NCBI GenBank assembly: GCA_051313645.2
Contig: JBNRSN020000007.1
Span: 56,358,001-56,422,000 of the forward strand
Source of the DNA: Centroscyllium fabricii
Taxonomy: Eukaryota
Reading direction: 5' to 3'
Length of the DNA: 64,000 nucleotides
How positions within the stretch are numbered: the stretch's first letter is position 1; each line of letters begins with the position of its first letter. The position numbers and the translations under genes were made by a program. Positions 23,501-35,500 of the stretch are shown here, in pieces. Under the pieces are notes generated by a model. It saw only the letters and a program-made list of their open reading frames with translations. It did not search any database and was not told the DNA's origin.

Positions 23501-26500
23501 CTATTCTGAGCCTGCTGCTTGATTGTTGCCACCCAATCTAGTAAATTTAAGCTCCTCAATGACAATCTTGTTCTCACTTTTTACCATTATTGGTAACACT
23601 GGTGGAGATGGTGTGTGTGTGTGTTGCAGCAATGCAACACGTTTGCATGCCTGCCATTTGCGTCCTTCAGCATTGCCAGTACAATTCTCAAAGGCAAAAT
23701 CCTCTCTGGAATCCAGTGTGGTCCTGGATGAGTTGGCAATGTCGAGGTCCTGAGGCACGTGAATGGCAAGTGGTGCTCGAGGCTGCAGATAATGAAGAGG
23801 TGGGCTACAACTGCTTCCCTCCCTCAAGTTTGTATTACATATTCACATAATGTTGCATAAAACTATTATACTGTTCCCTCTAGATTCTACATGAAGTCAG
23901 TAATGGAAATGTGGTCCATCGGCTGTGCAGCAACGCCTGTTTCAGCAAGTTCAGAGCAAGTAATGGCCTGAAGACCAACTGTTGTGATAATTGCGGGGTT
24001 TATTTTTACAACCGAGGGTTTATGCTTCAGTACCTCTATCATGAAGGGCAACAAAGGAGGTTTTGCAACACAGGCTGTTTGAATATGTATAAAAAGGTAA
24101 ATTTATTTGTTGTAGTTTTTTTTCCACTCCCCACATCCCTCATTTAAAAAAAAAAGCTTATTTTCCTGTGTCTCTTTCTGTACCAAATTCTTTTTCTCAC
24201 TTGGGCAGCAGGCAGGCAAGTGACTGCTCCCAGGCTTCAGTGGCGGTCAGCAACCAACAACTTGGCGTTGCAGAAGGGAAGACTTGCATTTATGTAGTAC
24301 TTTTTCATATGAACGTTTCAAAACATTTCACACAGTAAGTTACTTTCGGGGTGAACAAAATCCCACAAACGGCAATGAATTAAATTCCCAGTTAATCTGT
24401 TTTGGTGGTGTTGCTTGAGACGGGAAGCCAAGACATCGTGAAATTCCTGCTCTTCAAATACGACCACGGAAACGAGTGTTGGCGTGGGGCTTGAACCCAC
24501 AACATTTTGACCCATGCTGACTCTTGAACACTCCGGGCATGACTTGCCCAGATTTTGTTCGTCTTCCACTCCTCCCTTACTGAGCAAGTGTAACTGGTAG
24601 AAGTGTCACCTGTAATAATGGAAAAAGAAAGGCCAGTCAGCATTGGAAGGGAGAAAAAGTAAGCACCTATAATTTGGATTATAGGGTTTTAGTAAAGGTT
24701 AATGGTGGGCATTACCCCGAGGTTGTAAAATACAGTAAAACCTCATCCTATCAAATTATTCAAACCAGGACCAATCAACAACTGTACTGCTTGGCTGGTG
24801 GTGCTGTTGCATATTGAGCCCTTGGTATCCGGTGATAGGTGCGGTCTTGAATACTTGCAGCCTTTTCCTCACAGCGTTAGCTGTTCACAGTATAAATTAG
24901 TACATTTTATTTTCATTTGTGGTGACGTCCCAATCATGGAAATGAGGCACAGGCAGCAAAAAACAAGAGTTGGGTTCAAACTTCCTGCCGTTCTAAAATG
25001 TGAATTTTATTTCTGGGGCTTGATTGCAAATCGCTCTAATACTTCCTCTTGACTTCTGCAGCGGGTTGGGGGGGGGGGGTCAATTTCACACTAATGTGGC
25101 CAGAGTGCTGTCGGGTTTTTCACCTCCATGAGTATAAAACAGACTCTCTCTCAACTTGCAGCAAGAACCTATCGTTTGCACACCACCTTATGCACAACAT
25201 GGTTAGGCCAGTCTGCTTTGAGCCGAGTGAATTGTGCACAACTTGCAAGGGTTGGTGCCCCACTGTCTTTTCATTTGGTTGCATATTAATATGATCAGGT
25301 TGCTCTAGTTTGTCTTGACTGAATTAAAAAAAATACTTCCCCCCGCCCCCCCCCCCCCCCCCCAATCCTCTGCCATCCTACTTTGCTACTGTCCCAGGCT
25401 TGAATCTCCTGGAAGGGCCCATCGAGGCACCAATGTGAATGCTTTACAAGCAGCAATCCCAATGACCTGGTCCTCTTTTGTTTACCTTTCCGTCCAGTGT
25501 AGCTGCTGAGAGTGAAGCTTACCCATCCGCCTGCCACTGCCCCCTTCGACTCTACACGCTGCCCTTCGGTGATGTCATCGAAGACACAACATCAAGTTGC
25601 ACATGTACGCTGGGTGCACCCAGCTTCACCTCACCACCACCGTTTGACCCCCTCCACTGGCTGTGTTGTCGGACTGCTTGTCCAACATCCAGTCTTGGAT
25701 GAGCCACAATTTCTTCCGATTAAACATTGGGCAGACCGAAGTCATTGTCTTCAGGCCCTACCACAAACTTTGTTCCCTTGCCATTGATTCCAACCCCTCC
25801 CTGGCCGCTGCCTCAGGCTGAACTAGACTGCTGCAATCTCGGCTTCCTATTTGATCCCGAGCTGAGCTTCAGAACCGATATCCTTTCCATCACAAAAGAC
25901 TGCTTACTTCCACCTCCATATTACTGCCCGTCTCCATCCCTGCCTCAGCCCATCTGCTGCTGAAAAGCTCGTCTGTGCTTTTGTTACCTCCAGACTTTAC
26001 TATTCCAATGCTCTCCCAGTAGGCCTTCAATCCACCACACCCCATCAACTTAAGCTTATCCTAACTCACTCCAAGTCCATTTCACTCATCACCCCTGCTC
26101 GCTGACCTACACTGGGTTCCGGTCCACCATCACCTTGATTTTAAAATTCTTACCCTCATGTTCAAATCCTTTCCCCTCTCCCTATTTCTTTAAATTCCTG
26201 TAGCCCAACAACTCTGTGCATCCCCCCCCCCCCCGCCGCCCCCGAAAAAGACCAAACTCCATTTCCACTGACTCTCGTTTTGTGCATGGACCTCTTCCCT
26301 TCACCCTACTATGGTTGGCCATGCCTTCAGTCACCTGGGCTCCATGCAATAGAGTTTTCTCCCTAAGCCTCTGCCTCTTCTCCTTTCAAACCCTCCTTAA
26401 TCCCTACATCCCTGACCAATCCTTTGGTCACCCTTCCTAATATTTCCTCCTTTGGCACTCTGCACTTTTTTCCTTGCGCCTCTGTGAAGTGCCTTGGAAT

Positions 26501-29500
26501 GTATTTCTGTGTTGAAGTCGCCTTATAAATATGCACGTTCAATTTTATTCCTGTTTTCTGTGTCTATAGAAGCCATGATCTATTTTCATGTAGTGTAGAT
26601 ATTGAAATTCCATATATAAAACCTACTTGAAAGGGGAAATAAAATAGTCTTTTGCTTTGGGTCTCCTGATGTCCTGCATTGAATCCGGTTAAAATGGTGA
26701 GCAGGCAATCTGTAGCCAGGTCAGCTCAAATGCCATGTTGACATTGACTACCAGCAGCTGAGTGAGGATAGTCTAGTTTCTTTTTCCCCTCTGGTATTTG
26801 CCTGTCTTCTCTTGTGTAGATGGTCAGCTGTTGCCCAATGTAGAGGCAATCACATCAGTAATTAGAAGGACACGGTTATGAAAGTGGTAACATGATGGGT
26901 CCAAGTCAGCATGGATTTGTGAAAGGGAAATCATGCTTGACAAATCTTCTGGAATTTTTTAAGGATGTTTCCAATAGAGTAGACGAGGGAGAACCAGTTG
27001 ATGTGGTGTATTTGGACTTTAAGAAGGCTTTCGACAAGGTGCCACACAGGAGATTGGTGTGCAAAGTTAAAGCACATGGGATTGGGGGTAATGTGTTGAC
27101 GTGGATTGAGAACTGGTTGGCACACAGGAAATAAAGAGTAGGAGTAAATGGGCAGTTTTCAGAATGGCAGACAGTGACCAGCGGGGTGCCACAAGGTTCA
27201 GTGCTGGGGCCCCAGCTGTTTGTATTATATATTAATGATTTGGACGAAGGGATTAAATGTTGTATCTCCAAATTTGCGGATGACACTAAATTGGGAGGCA
27301 GTGTGAGCTGCGAGGAGGGTGCTAAGAGGCTGCAGAGTGACTGGGGACAGGTTAGGTGAATGGGCAAATGTATGGCAGATGAAGTACAATGTGGATAAAT
27401 GTGAGGTTATCCACTTTGGTGGTAAAAATAGAGAGACAGACTATTATTTGAATGGTGACAGATTAGAGAAAGGGGAGGTGCAACGAGACCTGGGCGTCAT
27501 GGTACATCAGTCACTGAAGGTGGAAATGCAGGTACAGCAGGCAGTTAAGAAAGCAAATGGCATGTTGGCCTTCCTAGCGAGGGGATTTGAGTACAGGAGT
27601 AGGGCGGTGTTGCTACAGTTGTACAGGGCCTTGGTGAGGCCACACTTGGAGTATTGTGTGCAGTTTTGGTCTCCTAACTTGAGGAAGGACATTCTTGCTA
27701 TTTAGGGAGTGCAGCACAGGTTTACTAGATTGATACCCGGGATGGCCGGACTGACATATCAAGAAAGACTGGATCAACTGAACTTGTACTCTGGAGTTCA
27801 GAAGAATGAGGGGGGGATCTCATAGAAACGTTTAAAATCCTGATGGGTTTAGACAGGTTAGATGCGGGCGGAATGTTCCCAATGTTGGGGAAGTCCAGAA
27901 CCAGGGGGCACAGATTAAGGATAAGGGGTAAGCCATTTAGGACCGAGATGAGGAGAAACTTCTTCACCCAGAGAGTGGAGAACCTGTGGAATTCTCTACC
28001 ACAAAGTTGTTGAGGCCAGTTCGCTAAATATTCAAAATGGAGTTAGATGTAATACTTACATCTGGGGGGATCAAGGGATATGGCGAGAAAGCAGGAACAG
28101 GGTACTGATGTAGCATGTTCAGCCATGAACGTGTTGAATGGTGGTGCAGGCTCGAAGGGCCGAATGGTCTACTCCTGCACCTATTTTCTATGTTTCTATG
28201 TTATGGACCTCCCAACCTGCAACTGGATGCCACACACTTTCTAGTATGTTGTTGGTTAAAATTATGTCTTCAATGCAAGTGTAAATTCTTCCAGGCGTGT
28301 TTTATTTTGCTGATTTTTTCACGTTTTTTGAAGGCGCTCATTTTTCATTTGTGAGGCTAATTAAGAGTGGGGGTGGGGAGGGGGAAGAAGGGGATTCTAG
28401 AATGATACAGTACAGAAGGATGCCATTGTGCCTGTGCAGGCTCTTTGAGCCCTCCAATTAGTCCAACTCCCCATACCTTTCCCCATAGCCCTGCAAATTG
28501 TTCCCCTTCAAGTATTTATCCAATTCTCTTTTAATAGTTATTATTAAATCTGCTTCCACCCCAATCCTGTCCATGCTTGACATCCAAATTTTACAATGGG
28601 GATCACTGCAGAATAGTAACACGGGCGCTCGCTTCTTTCCAGCTGTAACCCAGAGTTGAGCTTGCCAACTGCAGTGGGTCTAATTTGTAGTACCAGGCTA
28701 GGCACAGCACTTAACTTGAACCACTGGGGGACCAGCACATTTATTTTTATGCAGTTGTATAACAAAGTAATATTGACATAGAAACATAGAAGATAGGAGT
28801 AGGCCATTCGGCCCCTCGAGCCTACTCTGCCATTCAATGAGATCATGGCTGATCATCCAAGCTCGGTGCCCTGTCCCTGCTTTCTCCCCATATCCCTTGA
28901 TTCCTTTAGCCTTAAGGAATATATCTAACTCCTTGAATATATTTAATGAATTGGCCTCAACTGCCTTCTGTGGTAGACAATTCCACAGGTTCACCACTCT
29001 CTGGGTGAAGAAATTCCTCCTCATCTCTGTCCTAAATGGTTTACCCCTTATCTTCAGACTGTGACCCCTGGTTCTGGACTCCCTGCCATCGGGAACATCC
29101 TTCCTGCATCCAGTCTGTCTAATCCTGTTCGAATTTTATAAATTTCAATGAGATTCCCTTTCATTCTTCTAAACTCCACCGAGTATAAGCCCAATCGACC
29201 CAATCTTGCCTCATACGTCATTCCTGCCATCCCAGGTATCAGTCTGGTGAATCTTTGCTGTGCTCCCTCCATGGCAAGAACATCCTTCCTCAGATAAGGC
29301 CACCAAAACTGCACACAATACTCAAGGTGTGGTCTCACAAAGGCCCTGTACAACTGCAGCAAGACATCCTTGCTCCAGTACTGGAATCCTCTCGCTACGA
29401 AGGCCAACATACCATTTGCCGCCTTAATCGCCTGCATGCTTACCTTCAGCGACTGGTGCACAAGGACACTCAGGTTTCATTGCACTTCCCCGTCTCCCAA

Positions 29501-32500
29501 TCTATTGCCATTTAGATAATAATCTGCCTTCCTGTTTTTGCCACCAAAGTGGATGACCTCGCACTATACTGCTTCTGCCCAATCACCCAACCTGTCCAAA
29601 TCATACTGGAGTTTCTCTGCATCCTCCTCACAGCACACACGCCCACACAGCTTTGTACCGTCTGCAAACTTGGAGATATTACATCTAGTTCCCTCGTCTA
29701 GATCATTAATTTATATTGTGAATAGCTGGGGCCCAAGCACCGATCCCTGCAGTACCCCACTAGTCACTGCCTGCCACTTGGAAAAAGACCTGTTTATTCC
29801 AACTCTTTGCTTCCTGTCTGCCAACCACTTCTCTATCCAAGTCAGTACCTTACCCTCAATCCCATGTGCTTTAACTTTACACGCTTAGCTCCTATGCTGG
29901 ACCTTATTGGCAGCGTTCTGAAAGTCCAAGCACACCACATCCACTGGTTCTCCCGTATCTATTTTACCAGTTACATCCTCAAAAAAATTCCAGTAGATTA
30001 GTCAAGCACGATTTACCTTTTGTAAATCCATGTTGACTTTGTCTGGTCCTATCACTGTTTTCCAGTGCCCTGCTATTACATCTTTTATAACGGACTCCAG
30101 CATTTTCCCTGCTACCGATGTCAGGCTTACCAGTCTGTAATTCCCAGTTTTCTCTCTACCACTTTTTTGAATAGTGGGGTAACATTAGCTACTCTCCAAT
30201 CCATGGGTGCTGTTCCAGAGTCTATAGAATTTTGGCAGATGACCAGCAATGCATCTACTATTTCTAGGGCCACTTCCTTAAGTACCCTAGGATGTAGATT
30301 ATCAGGCCCTGGGGATTTATCGGCCTTCAATCCCGTCAATTTCCCTAACACCATTTTCCTGCAAATACTGACTTTATTCAGTTCCTCCCTCTCATATATC
30401 CCAATTCATTGTGATGTAATTATTTGTGAATAACCAATAATTTGACACTTTTTCCTCTCTCCTTCCCTCAGAAAAACACTAAAGTGCTTCCTTGTGCTTG
30501 GTGCAAAACTTTGGGTAAGAACTTCGACATGATAGCAAATGTGGATACCACTGGAAAGATGGGCTTCTTCTGTTCACTGTGTTGCATCACTTCGTATAAA
30601 GTAAAACAGTCCGGAACAATAGGTACTATAGCTTTTCTTGTTTTTGGCCTGTATGTTTTATATGTTGATTTGATGAAAGATGTTGCTGTTAAATGAAACA
30701 CTCTTTTCTTGGGTATCCATTGTTGTAATGAGTATTCTAGGATGTGTGAAAGGACACACAGCTCTTTCTACTGAGGGGCAAAGGCTAGACGCAGACCACT
30801 ATGATAAAAGAACAGTAGTTAATGTGATGTGGAGGCTCTTGGTCTTGGATAGTTCAGGGAGTGAAAGGAGTGAGCAGATCAGAATCCCTTGATTTTTAGA
30901 CAGGAAGACCAAGATCAAAATCCTCAGCCCCAAAATGTATTGAGGCACCTTTCAGCTATAGACTGCCAGAGGGCCGATTGTGTTGTCTAGTTGAGTGATG
31001 AAGACATTAGCCTGGTTTTAGATTAACTTGTCACTTCGGTTTCTCTTCAACGCTCCCACCACCCACACACAGTCCTTATTCTGGTAAACGTGCATACTGT
31101 TGGAAATGAGATGAGCTTGGTTTAACCAGGGTTTTGTTATTTGGAAGGGAAGGGTGGCTGGCTATTATTTTAGATGGTTTATTTTTAAACTTGTTGGAGG
31201 ATAAGTCTGGTTGTGAACAAATGGCTTTTGTATCCTTTTACTGTAGGTGAGATGGGCAATGGCGTAACACAAGTATGATGTATAGTTGTGCTTGTAAGTT
31301 GCAGCTCACAATGATTGCAAACCTATTGCAGTTAAAAAGAGGTACAGGTTGAGCACCGTTAATCTGGCACCCGAAAAACCGGCAGCTTCAGACGTCCGGC
31401 ACAAATTTCCCTGAGTGGTCGGCGCATGCGCAGTGGTGCTCCTCACCATTGCGAGTCGTTCGCAATCCCCAACTGGCCTGCGCATGCGCAGCGGCGCTCT
31501 TGGACGTTTCCTGCGCTTGACAAAAAACCCTGTACCTGACGTGAAGAAGGTCTGTGATGCTCTGACCCCGTGGAGTGTTGGACCGGGCTCCCTCCTGGGG
31601 CCTTTCCCGAATGCGCACTGGTCCCGACGGCCATTTTCGAATGTTCTGCGCATGAGCACGGCCATTTTGAATGGTCTGCGCATGCGCTCGGGACAGCTTC
31701 ATTCGTTCGACTTTTTCAGTATTTCGGCACGGGCCGGATTAACGGTGCTCAACCTGTATTCCTTAAATTTTGGTTCATATCAATTTGATTACTGTCCAGT
31801 GTCCTCCATTGGAAAGTGCACGTTTGTGGACTTTGGATGAGGACAAGATCAGATTTCATGTAACTGTTTTGAGTCCAAAGTTGGAGGAAAGTAAGGCAGG
31901 AAAAAGAACTGCTGGATGGAAGCATGGTTTGTCTTGCACTTTCCTCTTGTGTGACACCATGGATAAGAATGGTGGGCCCAGGGTGGCTTCCCCACTTCCA
32001 TTCTGGAGTAGAGCTTCATGATGCAATTTTAAATTTCTGGCCCTGGACACCACTTCAACTTGGGCAGCATTTCAACTTAATGCTAAAATGTGACTGAAAG
32101 ACAGTATAAAGATATTTTCCTTTGCACCACTGAGTGGTTCTGGGGTAGTTGAGTCGTCTTCTCTTAGGCAGTCCCTCCGTACCGAGGATGACTTGCTTCC
32201 ACATTAAAAATGAGTTTGCAGGTGACTGATGAGTCCCACGCGGGTCCTGCAGTCTCTGTCACAGGTGGGGCAGACGGTGGTTGACGGGCGGGTGAGTGGG
32301 GTGCTTGGGTTGACGTGCGCTGCCTGTGCGTGGCTTCTGCTTGCTCCTGGCGAAGAGACTGTGTTCGGCACCTTCCCGGATGCTTCTCCTCCACTTTGTG
32401 CAGTCTTGGGCCAGGGATTCCCAGGTGTCGATGGGAGTTCCGAGTAGAGCGCTTGTTCTGGGAGTCTTGTACCGAGCATGCGGACAGTGTGACCCGTCCA

Positions 32501-35500
32501 TCGGAGCTGATTGAGCGTGGTCAAAGCTTTGATGCTGGGGATGTCGGCCTGAGCAAGAACACTGAGGTTGGTGCGCCTATCCTGCCAATGGATTTGCAGG
32601 ATCTTGCGGAGGCAGAGTTGGTGATACCTCTCCAGTGCTTTGAGGTGCCTGCTGTACATGGTCCATGCCTCTGTGAGGCATACAGCAGGGTGGATATCAC
32701 TGCTGTTCTGTGGACCATGAGCTTAGTGCCGGGTTTGAGGTCCTGGTCTTCAAACACTCTCTTCCTCAGGCGACCGAAGGCTGCACTGGCACACTGAAGG
32801 CGGTGTTGGACTTCGTCGTCGACGTCTGCCCTGGTTGACAGTAGGCTCCCGAGGTATGGAAAGTGGTCCACGTTGTCCAAGGCCTTGTCGTGGATTTTGA
32901 TAATCGGGGGGGCAGTACTGTATGGTGGGGGCAGGTTGGTAGAGGACCTTTGTCTTACGGATGTTTAGTGTAAGGCCCATGCTCTCGTATGCTTCGGTGA
33001 AGGTGTTGACAATGGTTTGGAGTTTGACCTCTGAGTGAGCGCAGACGCAAGCATCGTCTGCATACTGTAATTGGACGATGGTTCTGGGGTAGTTGAGTAG
33101 AATGTACTTTTTACACATGCACCACTTTTAAATGAGCTGAACAGTATTGCTTTTCTGTACCGGCAGAAGTGAGTGATTTGAATGTGTCTTTTTATTACAG
33201 CACCCAAATCTAAATGCAGGTTTTGTAAAAAGAATCTTTCGGAGCGGGTTTATTATAACATGACTGACCGAGTTGTGCATCAGTTCTGCAGCCCCAACTG
33301 CTGGACTAATTTTCAGGTAAATTGTAGCTTTGTTCAAACTTATTTTTAGTGTGATTTTATTCAGGATGAGCAGGAAGAAAGTTGTTTGATTGTGAATGGT
33401 ATTTCACTTATTGAACTTTTCCTTGCAAGTGGCATGTGTGTGAAGTAGACACTTTTTAATTTTAATTCTGGAGATCTTTGCTCATCTCACTTTGCATGGT
33501 CCCGATGTCTCGGGTAGTGGCCAAGCTATCAAATTCAGTTTCTTAAAAAGTTCATTACAGGCAAGGGCACAAATCATAGAATCATAGAATCATAGAAATT
33601 TTACAGTGCGGATAAGGGCCATTCGGCCCATCCAGTCCGCACCGGCCCAGAAAAACTCCTCACTGTTCTAACCCCAGTCTCCCAAGAGAAAACTTACATT
33701 TAATAACATCCAGTATCTTTAAATTACGTTCAGCAATAGAAAAGTTGTTGCTTGGTTAACTTAAGAAAGTCATCAGAAAGGGTTAACTCCTTTGCAGGTT
33801 GATAAAAAGTTGGAGCAAATATCAGCTGCACACAATTGCGTCACTTCACGTAAACTTTAAAAACAAACTTTCCCGATCAAAAAAGACAGTAAAATTACGT
33901 CTTCGTACCTTCAAAACTTCCTCAGGAATTCAAAATCCATTGAAACAGAAATCATTAGTAAAGCTATTCTTATTCACTTGAAATAAAACATTCCATCAGG
34001 GAAGACAGCATTTTAGATTAAAGTCCAATTGTATTCACACTTTTTTACACTTTAAGTGGTTTCCAGCCCCAATATTTTCGAGTACAACCAAGATGTTCAA
34101 CAAGTAGAATCGGCTCAAATGTCCCAAAATTGCAATTCAAATCATGAAACATTTACGAAATTGAAAACGTACCAATTTTAATAGAGACTTTTGCACAATT
34201 TACAACAACCAGAGTTTCACTGTGGCCACAATGTAAGTCGGGTTTTTACAATTTAATAGGCTAGTTTACTTCAGTAGTTCCAATTTAATTCAGACCAATA
34301 TCTTAACTAAACACGAAACCGAACAGATGAAATAAAACAAAATAGCACATGCTTACAAAAACCCAGTAAATTGCATCATATTTCTCTGTTCTTTCTTCAG
34401 GTGCCTTTCCAAATGATTGTAAAAATACTGAATATAACTGGAGAAAAATTGGTTTTCACATTTAAACAAAAATCATGAACATTCTACACAAAAGGAAAAA
34501 AGAGGGCAGAGCTTCCCTCTGCTTGTAACTTCAAAACATACATACAGGCTTTTCTTTTAAAAAGAGATACTACATAAAGTAGAAAAGGAACAGAATCTTT
34601 TCCTTTCTCCTTTACTTATTTCATAGGTTCTTTCAACCTAATTTATAATTCCTGATCACTTCTTTCTTGTCAAAAACTTAGAGTGGGAGTCTCAGACTTG
34701 CAGTAACTAAATTAAGACAGTGCTTTGTAAATGTGCAAATTGATTTAAAATGAGACCGCACATTTTTAATTTAAACTCGAAGACAATAACAATTTTCTTT
34801 ACTGTAAGGCACCATGGCAACCGTAACTTCAAGGCTGAAGCTTATCTTTTGTAAAACAAACTGCCTCTGATTTACAGCTGCTGCACAAGATGTCCCAGTC
34901 AAAACAAATCCATACCAGCGTTTTTAACTTAAATGTAAATCACTAGGGTTTTCCCCACCAAATGAACATATTCAACATATTCACACTTGTTAAAATTTCC
35001 AACACCCAAGACAAGACTACAAAGGGTTAATGCAAGAAGTCACACAACACCAGGTTATAGTCCAACAGTTTTATTTGAAATCCCAAGTTTTCGGAGCGTC
35101 TGCCCCTTCGTCAGGCGAAAGAGAAGCTTACTTAAAGAACGCACATATGGAAGGGAGAGAGAAATCTGATCTCCCACATCTCACCTTAGCAGAGACAGAC
35201 AGAGCACACAAAGGCGTATTAACATATTTTAACATATCAGTCTGAGATCAATGAGGCACGGTCACAAGGGGTCAAATGCTGCAAAACACACACTGATTTT
35301 AAAAAAAGACATTTCCTTACAAGACAAAGATGTCTCTGGTCTGGATGACTCTACGTCAGGCAGGGTCACATGTAGCGTGACATGAAGCCGAGTCACGCTA
35401 CATGTGACCCTGCCTGACGTAGAGTCATCCAGACCAGAGACATCTTTGTCTTGCAAGGAAATGCCTTTAAAAAAAATCATTCTATGTGTTTTGCAGCATT

